From Chrysomallon squamiferum (Eukaryota > Animalia > Mollusca): 64,000 nt of DNA. The stretch is taken from contig CM022676.1 of the NCBI GenBank assembly GCA_012295275.1, forward strand, positions 15,624,001 through 15,688,000. Reading direction: 5' to 3'. The translations under genes and the position numbers were made by a program. Shown in pieces: positions 12,926 through 51,062 of this stretch (its first letter is position 1; every line of letters begins with the position of its first letter). Under the pieces are notes generated by a model that searched no databases, was not told where the DNA came from, and saw only the letters and a program-made list of their open reading frames with translations.

Positions 12926-13207
12926 ATATAATTTATGAGGAAATGCAATATCGATTATGTATTAAACAAGAGACTACTGGCTCCGACACACCTAACTTAT
13001 ATAATTCTTAAGCTTCCATAATAAAAAGGAGAAAAAAATGATGTCGTTTCACATAAAAAATACATCAATTACAATAACAGACCGGAGAACCTCATTAACA
13101 GGATTCTTCAAATTTGTTTTCTTGCATCTCCTAGATTGCCCACTTTTCTCTTGATACTAAATGTTTTGTTATCAATAATTTTACTAATTCTATATAGCTC
13201 TACTTAC

Positions 13208-13383
13208 AGCGATTCAAACAGCTGATGCCCACGTCTTGATTATGACTACAGTTGTTGTCACCCCAAGTGGAATACGAACAATAGTCTACACTTTCTTCAT
13301 CTCCATTACAGTCAAGTCCATCAAGCCAAATAGGTCCACTGCCTTGTCCAAACTGAGATGCTTTATATGTTTTAGCTTCGAAA
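13208..13383 (-). CDS. Gene 1: SRCR3 (type c), 3' half exon
   Basis: FEAKTYKASQFGQGSGPIWLDGLDCNGDEESVDYCSYSTWGDNNCSHNQDVGISCLNR; paralog of 4620-4795. Confidence 0.92.
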
Positions 13384-13388
13384 CTGAA

Positions 13389-13451
<63 letters not shown>

Positions 13452-14010
13452 TGTAATAACAATAATTCGATTACAAATGAGAATAGGACGGCTTATTCTT
13501 CATGTTACTAAGGGAATGCTTTTCCTGTAGAAACATAAAAAAGCATGATGAAGAATCGCAAACAATAATTCTGTCAATTTTTGATTATACGTTTTATTTT
13601 TTATTTATTTTTTAAACAATTCATAAATACTTGTAATTCGTAAGTCACTTCTTCTTGAATGTCTAGTTTTCATCATTAGTTTATCAATAGAATGTCCATT
13701 AATTTCAGGGTTAAAATATTTTCCTAAATTATTATTTGTATTTTTGTACAATAATCAGTAATAATTTAATGGTTTTCTAAAGTGATGTGCAGTAACATAA
13801 TTGCCAGAAACACAAATCACATAAAGACAAAAACACAATAATATTATCTTATATAATTCGAATATTACGCATAAGTATAAAAATGCTTAAAGTAATGAAA
13901 GCTGTAAAAATATATTTATAATTTTGAAGATATAACGTAGTATCAAGCTGTAACAATAGATGTAAATAAAGATAATGATAAAAATAAGATTTAGGAAAGG
14001 ATTTATTTAC

Positions 14011-14155
14011 CGACTAAAGCCCAGCATGTAACAGATGACAGAAGCATCTCTGTTGTCAAATTCATTATCACACACAGTTCCCCATGTCCCGTTGTTTTCT
14101 ATTTCAAGTCTGCCTCGTGTTGCAATTCCTCCTCCATTGACAAGTCGAACAGAAA
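14011..14155 (-). CDS. Gene 1: SRCR3 (type c), 5' half exon
   Basis: SVRLVNGGGIATRGRLEIENNGTWGTVCDNEFDNRDASVICYMLGFSR; paralog of 5545-5689. Confidence 0.92.
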
Positions 14156-14608
14156 CTGAAATAAATTTAAGACAGAATCAACACACAAACTACAAAATCC
14201 ACAATCCACTTTTTATAAGAACTATTTTCCACGTACAAACACTTATATTCATACTTGTACATAGCAACCGAAATTAAGATGAAGATAATTCGATGACTTT
14301 TCAAAATCTCATTTCAGTTGTGAAACGGACGGATTCCAAATTAATGTTGTCTTTATAGATCTACATAATTAATATTACCAATCGATATGACTGCCATGGA
14401 GTGACAATTAACTCCATTCCTTAGAAATACATTTTTATAAAAGCAACGTTTACCTTTACATAATTTGTTTTTCCCCAGTAGCTATGTTAAAAAAAAATAA
14501 ATAAAAAAATAAAAAGATTAAATAATGTGTTAATTTCTTTCTATTTTTTTTTTCTTTTTTTTTTTCAAGGGAGATAATGCAGCGGAACCTCTTAGCAAAT
14601 TCGCTGAT

Positions 14609-14756
<148 letters not shown>

Positions 14757-14899
14757 CGAAAAATATTAAAGAAACAGCGGATACTTTTCAAACTAAGTGT
14801 TTCTTGTATTTTGCTTTTCACATTTAAAAATGTTTTAAATTATAATAATAATAATAAAAAATAATAATAATAATAGTACAACTGAAAAAAATGACATAC

Positions 14900-15075
14900 T
14901 CTGAGACAAGCAGCTTATTCCCAAATCCTGTTTGTGACTACAGTTCTTTTTACCCCAGTCATAGAAAGAACAGTGATTCACTCCATTTTCATCTTTAATA
15001 CAGTTAACATCATCAACCCACACTGGTCCTGTTCCTTCTCCAAACTGAGCATTCTTAAACGTCTTTGCGTTGAAT
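14900..15075 (-). CDS. Gene 1: SRCR2 (type b), 3' half exon
   Basis: FNAKTFKNAQFGEGTGPVWVDDVNCIKDENGVNHCSFYDWGKKNCSHKQDLGISCLSQ; AAG acceptor, gtatg donor; paralog of 6005-6180. Confidence 0.88.
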
Positions 15076-15244
15076 CTTTGATTTAGAAAACACAACCTGA
15101 GTTGTCTGATCTTGTTTAAAACAAATATTGGTCAAGCTATTATTCACATTTTACCTTATATTCCATGAGGGAAAAGGAAACATGCTCATAGTTTATAAAT
15201 GTTTGATAAATTAGACAGTATAAAACAAGGATAAACAATCTTAC

Positions 15245-15290
15245 TGACTGAATCCGAAAGTGAGCATTCTTATACGTCTTTTCGTTAAAT
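15245..15290 (-). pseudogene. 46-nt chimeric SRCR pseudo-exon (start of a 3'-half exon fused to the end of a 5'-half exon)
   Basis: cctag|ATTTAACGAAAAGACGTATAAGAATGCTCACTTTCGGATTCAGTCA|gtaag. Both splice sites are intact and the length is not a multiple of 3. Confidence 0.7.
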
Positions 15291-15488
15291 CTAGGATTTA
15301 CAAAACACAAACCTAGTTGTATCACCTTGGTTAGTACATATATTGGTTAAGCTGTACTATGGGGTAACCTCAAACATAAATCGTAATTTGCAATTTTCAT
15401 TTAGTTTGTATAGCGGAAATATAAACATCCTGATAGTTTATCATTGTTTTTAAATTATTGAATTTAACTGAAGGTAAGACATTCTTAC

Positions 15489-15633
15489 TGACTGAATCCT
15501 AAAAGTGTACAGACAAAACCTGCATCTTTGTCGTCAAATTTGTCACCACAGACAGTTCCCCATGTATCGTTAAGTTTGATCTCAACTCGACCCTGTGTTG
15601 AAATATCTCCTCCATTGACTAGTTTTAGAGGCA
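15489..15633 (-). CDS. Gene 1: SRCR2 (type b), 5' half exon
   Basis: PLKLVNGGDISTQGRVEIKLNDTWGTVCGDKFDDKDAGFVCTLLGFSQ; paralog of 6379-6523. Confidence 0.92.
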
Positions 15634-15741
15634 CTGAAATCATAAAAATTTGACTGTAAAATTTCAATTTCATTACAGGAAAATATGCAGTAGTGGTCAT
15701 CTCTTGATCGATATATCCATCTGAAGGAAGGCTGATGTTTG

Positions 15742-15774
<33 letters not shown>

Positions 15775-15811
15775 AATAATAATAACAAAACATCAGAAAG
15801 AAAATAAATAA

Positions 15812-15844
<33 letters not shown>

Positions 15845-16449
15845 TCTTTATGAATTTTTTTTTCTATAACTCGCCATGTTTACTTCTAATTGAGAAAATA
15901 TATTTAGTAATATCGATTAATACTCTGGTAAATATATTTTTAATTTTAATTTTGGGAATAATTTCTTGTGAAGGCTTCATACAAGCAGTTTCTTCCCCCA
16001 CCGACTTTATTTTCCTATTTATATGCAAGTCAACAAGAACAATCTGCACAATTTCACTGATGAGTTTCCTCTTTTACAAGCATCGTTGTGGTATATGTTT
16101 GGTTTTGATGCCCATAAAAAGTCTTACATGAATTACAAATAATCAAGCAGTCAAACAAGGACACAAATAAACAAACAACAAGCAAGCAAACAAACAAACA
16201 AACAAAAAGAAACAAATAAACTACCTAATAAATACGAAACACCTCAATTTAGATTATATTGAACCTATCATGTTAGTTAACTATTGTACCCGATCCTCAT
16301 ATTACTTTATTTTCTTTTAGTTATTACTATAGGCATATACACATAGATACATACGAATGATAATTTTGATGCCGATAAGTTAAAACATTTTGTTACTGAT
16401 ACACAATAAAATCAAATGAAATAAAATAAAATGTCACATGTAAACTAAC

Positions 16450-16619
16450 ATTGACAGGTGATTCCAACATCGTCCAAGTGACCACAGCTGTGGTTTCCCC
16501 AGCCAGGAAATGAACACTGTTCAACACTGTCTTCATCTCCATCACAACTCAGATCACTAAGCCATATTTGTCCCGTTCCTTCTCCAAAATGAGCAAGACC
16601 ATATTTTGTTGCATTAAAA
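16450..16619 (-). CDS. Gene 1: SRCR1 (type a), 3' half exon
   Basis: FNATKYGLAHFGEGTGQIWLSDLSCDGDEDSVEQCSFPGWGNHSCGHLDDVGITCQ; ttaag acceptor, gttag donor; paralog of 3001-3164. Confidence 0.92.
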
Positions 16620-17284
16620 CTTAAACAAAATAAGTACACACATATATATAAGTGCTTCCAACAGAGTTTAATACAAGAATGCGTTGATACCGAAAGGATA
16701 GTTTAAATATACCAAGTGAAATGCGATTTTTCATCATCATTTCTGATATTTTTTGCTGTTTTCGTTTTTCTTCTTATGTTTTCTTCTTCTTCTTCTTATT
16801 ATTATTATTGTTGTTGTTGTTGTTGTTGTTGTCGTTGTCCTTGTTGTAGTTATTATTAAATGAATAACAAAATGAATAAAATTTAGAGTAAAATGAATAT
16901 TATGTAACATTGTTTGGAAAAGCGAGCAACAGACGTGCGTTTACTTCTAAGGTTTAAAGAAGTATGTCCCTATTTTCTAAGTCATTTCAGAACAATCTTA
17001 ATATACAATGTTTGATAAAATAATACAATGAATATAGTATAAATATAATCAACATCATTATCAACATTTATTATTACTATTACTACTATTGCTATTATCA
17101 TTATTTTTTACAGACATTTTTGAAATGTCAAAAATCCATCGAGAGGAATTTCATGTATAATGCATTTGATGAAGAATTAATTATCTCGTGGTTGTCAGTA
17201 AATTGTAATCTACTACATCTGCAAACAAATTTAATTTCATTAAACAACAAAAACAAATACATAAAAATATAATAAACAAATTAC

Positions 17285-17429
17285 CGACTAAATCCTAACA
17301 TATGACATAAAACAGAAGCATATTTCCCACGAAACCAATAATCACAGATTGTTCCCCACGTCCCGTTCACTTGAATCTCAACCCGACCTTGTGTTGGTAT
17401 TCCTCTTCCATTCACTAACCGTACTGGTA
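17285..17429 (-). CDS. Gene 1: SRCR1 (type a), 5' half exon; most 5' coding exon confidently found
   Basis: PVRLVNGRGIPTQGRVEIQVNGTWGTICDYWFRGKYASVLCHMLGFSR; the phase-1 acceptor requires an upstream leader exon. Confidence 0.92.
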
Positions 17430-17650
17430 CTGAAATAAACATAGATTTATGTACGATCAGTCAATTATAATACTACAATTTCTTCAGAAAGAAAACAGAA
17501 TTAACAGAAATATGATAATTTTCATTTGCAAAGATATTTGCTAGAATATAATACAGATGCTACCATATATTTTGCGTTGTTATAGATACCAACAACGAAC
17601 ATTTTTATCAGTAAAAATATTTTCAATTATAGTTATTTTAGCGAAAACAA

Positions 17651-17720
<70 letters not shown>

Positions 17721-17924
17721 TACTGAAAGGTTTCAATATGACCTGACACAACCATTGTTAATATATAATTAGTTAAATAATAATTTACGCCGATACGTGT
17801 TTTCAATTTTCCAAAAATATTTAATTTCTTCCAGCACTGAATACATCTTTACATCTAAGTTCTCGTTTTAAAATAAATATTTGTTTTAATTTTGTTTTCA
17901 ATATTTTAATTTCGCAAATCCAAA

Positions 17925-18360
17925 GTCACAACAGAAAATAGTGATAAAGCTATTTACTTTTCAGAAATAGCAATCTGCTTTTATTATTGTATTACAGGAT
18001 CACATAATTCAACTATATAATTGCATTAATTAATCATAATTCAGTTGTCTAAGAGTTAAGTTTGGCTTTATTAGTTCTTGAATGAACACACACTATAAGT
18101 CGTTTGAAGTAATAATTCATTTTCTTTTTAAATTAAATATTTTCTACTTCAAAATATAATCGCAATAGAAAATAGTGACACGACTTTTTATTTGATAGAA
18201 ATAATAGTCCTTTTTTAATTTTTAATAAATATTATGCATAACTGATAATTATAATGATTAACAGGCACAGACAATTCAACTTTATAAGTGCATTAATCAA
18301 AATCTATTAATGTGTTAAATATTTAACGTCAGCTTTATTAGTGTTTGAATGAACACATAA
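17925..18360. repeat. Diverged ~235-bp tandem duplication
   Basis: agaaaatagtga...aattcaact.tataa.tgcattaat...gctttattagt..ttgaatgaacaca occurs at ~17930-18090 and again at ~18165-18357. Confidence 0.7.
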
Positions 18361-18899
18361 TTTAAAACATTTTAACTAAGAAATATATGTTTCTCTGTTG
18401 TTGTTTTTTTAAATATCACTTCACTGACAAGCAATCTCAATTTAATCATCAGCAGCAAATAGTTCAGTAGAAAATTAAACGTTTCATTGACTTGGGATTA
18501 GTTGTAGACTGGAAACGTAAAGAAGTCCTAACTTTAAATAAATAATAATTAAAAAAATAATAATAATAATAAATCACTGATAAAAACAGCGGATGCCCCT
18601 GAAGTGAAACACTGAAAGGTTTTCAATCACACTTTGTCCACACGGTTACGGATAACATCAATCTGAATATTTAAAATTCAAAATCAATTCAATTTAGCGA
18701 AACATTTTTTTTTTAAATAATGTCGGAAATAACATGAATAATATTTATCAATATGTAAAAGTCGTTCATGCTTGCATTTATTTGTATATATTCGTATTAA
18801 TATGTGTATGTTTAGTATGTATGTATGTACGTAAGTAAATATGCATGTTTATGCTTACATATGTATGTATGTGTGAATCTGAGTATTTTATGTGTGGAT

Positions 18900-44260
<25,361 letters not shown>

Positions 44261-44289
44261 GATTTCCTCATAACTATATTATTTAATGC

Positions 44290-45060
44290 ATGTTGTTATT
44301 ATCTTTGGAACAGATTTGTGAAAACTATTATATACGATTTGGTTAAAAATACATGTGGACATAACACAATTTTCATAATATTAAATGCTTACTTCAAACG
44401 GTATCTAAAATATTACATGATCGATATCTGCAAATATGGAAAACCTGAAATGTTGTCAAAGTGTATTCATTATAAATTGTATTAATTAAGAATGTATTGA
44501 AATTAGAAAATTCTTGTAGCGCTCTGTCAAACAGGTTCTCATATTCTGGAGCGATCATTGCTATACCGATGAGTTTTTAAGCGCTTACTTTGGAGCACTA
44601 AGCACAAGATAAAAGTGTAAACAAATCTGGAATTTTCTGGAACAGCACTCTTCATTATCAAGTCTGTTGTAATTATCCGTTACTTTCCGCTTTCTGTACG
44701 ATATAACTCATGTCAGTAAAACGCTTTAATACTCATCGCTAAAAAGGGAAGTTGCAGAAAAACAATCGCTCTAGAGAAGAGCAGTGTTCAAGCGAATGTT
44801 CAAGTCTTATGTAAAATTAGAACTCTGATGTTAAACTTGCTGTTAAAACTGGTTTAATATTGTAAGACAAAAGAGAAGATATTTGAAATTCTGACAAATT
44901 TGTAGATGAATGTCATTATGTATTTAAAAGCGAGAAACGGTCTATCAGATGAATCCAGATATATTTTCAAACAATAATTTGTTTAATATCAAAAATATGT
45001 TTAAACGTTTATATCGAAATACCGTTTATGTAACTTATTGGATGAGACAGCAACATATTT
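44290..45060 (+). mobile_element. Highly degraded LINE ORF2 3' end, interrupted at ~44520-44790
   Basis: Fragments LHDRYLQIW, KLAVKTG and VDECHYVF resemble the L.IETGR...GDE.H...C C-terminus of non-LTR retrotransposon ORF2. An A-rich tail follows at ~45100. Confidence 0.45.
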
Positions 45061-46094
45061 TCACACGAAAGCTAGAGAGCTATTAAAAACTTATATATAT
45101 AAAAAAAATAATTAAAATAAAAATTAAAAAATAAATAAATAAATAAATAGATTTTAAATATATAACATTGTAAATCATTATATATTCTACTGCTATAACT
45201 TTTATGTGTCTGTGTGTTAAAGATATTTATCTAGTTATATGTTCTGGTTATATCTTCATTGAAAGTGTTGTACTCCCAAACATACTTCAACATACAGTGA
45301 ACAAAATGTACAGAATTCTATGTCATTACTCATTGTAATAGTTGCTAATGGTTCGTGTCTTGTTTATTTATTTTATTTTCTGATTCTTACTAATAAAGTG
45401 AGGTTATTTCTTCCTAATTTCACTCTTTGCTACTTTAAAAAAAATATATTATATATAAAGCACACTTAATTTGTTTTTTTTTCTAAATGATGTCATAGAT
45501 TATTATGTAGACAAATATGGCATACAAGTGTCTCTGTAGTGTATACCTGATTATACTGAATTAATGGAGTACCATTATATAGACTGGTTTTGACCAGTGA
45601 TTTAATACAGCAACTAGTTCGCATGTAAGTCAATGTTTAGTTGATTTCTTTGGCGTCCGCTAAGTAACGTAATATTTAAATAGCACCGACTTGAATACGA
45701 TAGCCTTGCGATAGATATAAATAGTGGAGTAAACCTTGTGAATTTGACTGTTGTGGAAATGCTTAGGACATATTGCTGCTAAAGGCAAGTTAATGTGACA
45801 AATGAGATTACACAACTGTTGTTATAAGTAACGAAAAGAAATATGTTATAATGTTCATGAGTGAGAATTATTTTGATTGTATTTTGTTATGACAACAAAT
45901 AATAATACTCTAAACGTATTTTCGTCTGTTTTGTGTTATGTGGATAATAATTAAGTGACATTTTAAACATTCTTGCTCTGGGCTCTAGTATCACATGGAT
46001 ATTATAAATTATTGCCATCAGTTAGATAGCATGTCAAAGATCTAACTTATTTGTTTCTACAAAACATAAATGCCATACACTGTTTATACCAGAA

Positions 46095-46480
46095 ACAAAT
46101 TAATCAGAATTTTACTAGATATAGTTTAATTAGAATCTTACTAGGCATAGTTTAATAACAGTTTTACTAGACATGTATTATTCACAATTTTACTAAACAA
46201 ACACTAATTAGAATTTTACTGGACAAAATTTAATCACAATTAAATAGCCACAGCTCTTTGCAACTTACTAGACAGATTAATAACAATTACACTAGATATA
46301 GTTCATTCTCAGTTTTAATGGACATAGATTAACTAGAATTTTACTAAACACAGTTCAGTCACAATTTCACAAGACATAGAGTAAGTAGAAGTTTTGTAGA
46401 CAGAGGTTAACCACAAATTTAATATATATAGATTAATTAGAATATGAAAAAAAAACATAGTTTAATCACATTTTTTACAG
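46095..46480. repeat. 26-bp degenerate minisatellite (~14 copies)
   Basis: Units such as atagtttaattagaatcttactaggc, atagtttaataacagttttactagac and atgtattattcacaattttactaaac. Confidence 0.8.
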
Positions 46481-46811
46481 ATTTATCGCAATTATATGCT
46501 GTACAGTATCAGTTAATTGAAAGAAAAACACTAATTACAGAATATTAAATACTATACAAACATGCACTGTATATTACATTGTCTTGAACTGAACACAATA
46601 CAAGTAATAAACCACATTTGAAAACATTTGTCTAACTACGTTTTTGTATAAAAAGCAAAACATATATATATTTAATTAGCTCTTTTGATTAATAAAAAAT
46701 CAATAATAGTGAATAATTGTTATATAATTTCATTTCCTGCAAATAGATGTTTAACCTATGTATGTCTGTACGTATATGTGTATATGTAGGAATGAATGAA
46801 CGTATCTACAC

Positions 46812-46882
<71 letters not shown>

Positions 46883-47581
46883 CATGTATGTATGTATTAT
46901 TTGTGTATGTACGTACGTATGTATGTATGTGTAAGTGTGTGTATATATATATATATATATGTACAGTAAAAGTAATATAAACAGATTTATAGACAGATAT
47001 TTTAATATTTTGATCCGTTATCATCGACTGCAAATACTTCATACGGATGCTGTTCAGATGACCCACTTCGTTCTACGTTGTTACCTACACAGAAATAATA
47101 AGACATGTATAACCATGTATGTTACGTTTCAGAAATAATCATCCATACATTAGTAGTTAAACGTAGAAGAAACAAACAAAGAAAACTGCATTGATAAACC
47201 ATAAGTAATAAAATGTACAGAAAATTAAAACGACAAAAAATATGAAAAGTGACAGAGTAGCATCACTAGGTTGCTATTTACAACCTGAAAGACAAATACT
47301 AATCTATGGCGCTGATAAAACATATCACACTGAACAATATTAATTTACAACAATATGTATTTATCATAGAAAGATGCTAAATTTTATACTAGCATAACTG
47401 AAGAGATAATACAAATTAGTTATATTAATTAATCATGTAATACAAAATAACCTTAGACGTTTTTAGCCCAATAGATAAATGACAACATTTTATGTCATTA
47501 CTATTTTATAATATTTGTTCAGTCTTCTATTTCAGGCCCCTTCTTTACTTGTTCATTTTTTACTTCCTTGTGTACCTTCCA

Positions 47582-47628
47582 TCATTTTTTCCTGATTACC
47601 TTGCCAGGAGTCTTAATATATACTGAAC
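47582..47628 (-). CDS. Gene 2: probable last cytoplasmic exon
   Basis: ctgaag acceptor, (G)SVYIKTPGKVIRKK*; in phase with the upstream exon across a 70-nt intron. The acceptor is weak and an internal gtaatc donor is possible. Confidence 0.45.
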
Positions 47629-47698
47629 CTTCAGAATTGAAAACTGTTTAGTAAAGTACGGCGTATTCAAATAGCTATTAAGAAAATGTTGCACCTAC

Positions 47699-47751
47699 CC
47701 GGTTCAGAAGGAAGATTTTCGTATGTTGGAGACTGCGGTTCTGGATCAGTT
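47699..47751 (-). CDS. Gene 2: cytoplasmic exon with a YENL motif
   Basis: tcacag acceptor, (R)TDPEPQSPTYENLPSEP(G), gtagg donor; phase 2-1, matching the upstream exon. Confidence 0.75.
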
Positions 47752-47843
47752 CTGTGATTTAAAACAGACAAAATGTCTACGTGACTTCATTTTTCAATTT
47801 TAATAACAAAATTTACATAAAGCCTTCTTACAATTAACAAATG

Positions 47844-47876
<33 letters not shown>

Positions 47877-48767
47877 TATATAGATACATATATTAGTAAA
47901 AATATTATAGGAAATAAACTTTGAAGTTAATTAAAAAGAAATTACCGAACAATCTAATTGTGGATTGTTGGATGATAACATAAAATACACAAAATAGAGA
48001 GCATATATGGATATCATACAGACAGACATCGTACACAGACACACAAAGAATACACTTACTCTTTGGTAGAAAGATAGGAAAACTTAACAGATAAATTTGA
48101 CAGTGACGTTTATAGATACTGGATTCAACTACAAGTCAGAGGAGTTATCTAAATAGAAAACCAGGATCTAGCTAGTGATGGATCTCTTCGGTCTCTCTCT
48201 TAAAGGAAACTCGGTGCTCAAACTTCGAGTTTGAAAGTAGCAAACATCATATCATAAAAATTCCGTCTTTGTAGATCACCATCATAAATATGGTTATCAC
48301 GAAATTTGTGTAACACATTTTGGATCTGTCAGTCTTTTTCTCACTTCGGAGACAGATGCATTAATGAATCAGTACATTTAAGATACATTGAAAACAGTGC
48401 AAAATTTCATTAACACAACTGACCACGACGTCCTAGTATTCCCTTGACCAGAGATATGTCATCTCACCCTTGATCGTCAACAAACCAGAGGCTAACACAG
48501 AAATATTTCGGACATCAATCGTGAACTGCTTACATTTAGAGATTCACCGATCATTGAACCTCTGAATTGTGGACGTTAGAATGTCATCTTCATTAAAACA
48601 GGATAGGATGTTTTATCAGGAGACTCTTAACCTTTCATTTGCAGAATAAATATACTCGTTTAAGGACTGAAATGTGTAATCACTGCTATGAAGGAGGACA
48701 TATATGTATCAACACAGCTACGAAATTTTTCAAAACTATATTCACCTGTACTGTCACTTAACATTAC

Positions 48768-48801
48768 CTTTTTTCATACTCATGTTTGTCTTTTCCATTT
48801 C
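48768..48801 (-). CDS. Gene 2: juxtamembrane cytoplasmic mini-exon
   Basis: tttttcag acceptor, (G)NGKDKHEYEK(R), gtaatg donor; 34 nt, phase 1-2. Confidence 0.7.
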
Positions 48802-49037
48802 CTGAAAAACAAGATTTAAATGAAAATTGCAGGTGTAAACTAAAAACAAATAATAAAAAACTAATAATAATAAAACAAAAAATTAGAATTCTTATTTATT
48901 GCTAGTAAAGTTCCTAAAAGTAAAAATGGTTTCCACAAAAGCATAATACAGATGAAGTCATCTGGTAAAAATTATCACAGTATTTGTTACATTAAATAAA
49001 ATAATCGAAACAAGATCAGTTATTTTATAATATTAAA

Positions 49038-49121
<84 letters not shown>

Positions 49122-49242
49122 TACAATAATAATAATAATAAAAAAGATGAAGATGATAGTTCTGAAATTGCATATAATTATTATAATTTTTCTTCTTACA
49201 AAATGTATTACTTTTTTCTTTCAAATTGTATTACTGATACAT

Positions 49243-49300
<58 letters not shown>

Positions 49301-49444
49301 AAAGCTGCTAAATCTCAGACTCACACACACACACACACACATGCATACATGTACATAAGCACATATACACACCCAGAAGAAGATGCAACTCAAATGCACG
49401 TTCGTAGATTACAAATAACACAACAAAGAAACAAAAGTATGAAC

Positions 49445-49558
49445 CTTTTTTCAGTCTACGACATATGAAATTAATTCCAATAACAAGAAGAGTTAAGACG
49501 AGAATTCCTGATCCAGATCCAACAGCCACTGCTATCACATTTTCATTAGACTCGTCAT
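49445..49558 (-). CDS. Gene 2: transmembrane exon
   Basis: DDESNENVIAVAVGSGSGILVLTLLVIGINFICRRLKK is a hydrophobic helix followed by a basic stop-transfer; ttcag acceptor, gttcat donor, phase 1-1. Confidence 0.88.
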
Positions 49559-51062
49559 CTGAAATAACACTTGTTAAACTGAATACAGATGTACTATAAA
49601 AAGGTATTCGAATTTGAAACGTGTACACTGTAAGAAAATACAGACTAAATGGGTACATATTATGCTACAGTAAATACACAAACATATAAAGCTTACACAA
49701 TATGATAGAACAAAGGAAGGAACAAAAATAAAGGAGCCATAAAAAGTGGTGCAAGGGTGAACATTTGTATGAGTCGCCTTATTTCGTCATGGTTAATGTC
49801 TGCAACCAAGTAATTAACAATACATCACTTTTGTTCAGAGTTCCTATGTATGCTGTTCTCGGTGCGGTGGCTGGGGTTATAAAGTTGATTCAATGTATTT
49901 TGTACAAGTATATCAAACATGTTTCCTTGTCATGTCTCACTGGAGGTTACGCGCAACAGTCCCTTGTTCGAGTTGGTGACTGGTGAATTATATAGAACCA
50001 AATAGAGGTCCAAAACAAACAACAACAAAAATTGATCGGACCCTTAAAAAGTCGACATCGAACCTTCTGATTCACTATCGTCTGGCAGTAAGAATCCGTG
50101 AACAAAATTTAATAATAATAAAAAGCGAATTCTTCCCTTAATTCTACCAAGGGAGTGGTAAAATCTCGAGAGTTGTCTGAACTTGACAATAACGAAACCC
50201 TTTATAATCTGTCTCCTTAAGATGTAACATCAGTGAAGAGATTTAACATTCGATAGAACAACGAACTCATTCCAATGAATACACTGATATCAGGTCAGTG
50301 TATCTAACTGACTTGTTCAACTCTACATTCCAAAGAGGACTTTTGTCCTCTGTGACCAGTTAAACGATGAAACCAAAGCATGCAAACATGAAACAAAGTA
50401 AATTTAATAACGTGAATGTGCTACATGGAAAGTTGAGAGAAAGGTTCAACTGAGCCTCAGACATTTAATTCTTCCAAGAAAAATAACACTGAGTCCTCTG
50501 GAGGAAGACATGGATGCAACATATTTGAATCTTGCAGAGAAAAAAAAAGAAACAATAAATCAATAAAATAAACAGAAAACAACACCAAGTACATCCAAAC
50601 AGAAGGAAAAAATGAAAATAACAGCCGTATTTTCCCCTAATCAATAATTCAGTCACTGAGTGGAATTGCTGTGGGGGGGGGTAGGCCAACTTTGATGATC
50701 TGAGTCTTAAAGTTGTTAAAAACAATTCGTTTACAGTGTGTAAACGGCTGCCAAGAAATTAAAAAGGTGTTTCCAGTTAGATACAAATACAAACCGTATA
50801 CCGGTTTAGGCAACAAAAAAAAAAAACAAAAAAACAACAACAGAATAAAGCTGTATTGTTAATATTGGTGTCTCTGCATTATATACATATATATACATAT
50901 GTATATATAAATTTGTTTCAAATGTAGAAGATAACGTAAAATAAGTGGCGATTTCACAAACGTTTCTGGTAAAAAAAAAGTCTAACAAGACTGAAAGCAA
51001 ATAAGATGATATGATGCACAACTGTACTAACGTACCTTTTACCTTGTTATTAATATATGTAC

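Noticed and set aside
48060-48760. Possible LINE ORF1 remnant (CNHCYEGGH zinc-knuckle-like peptide near 48675-48700)
   Set aside because: A single short motif with stops in all frames; too degraded to call without a database search.
49700-50810. Complex intronic sequence, possibly a decayed retroelement; similar cases at 9150-10430 and 52800-53620 (the latter possibly pogo-like)
   Set aside because: No sustained ORF or diagnostic motif could be verified by eye.
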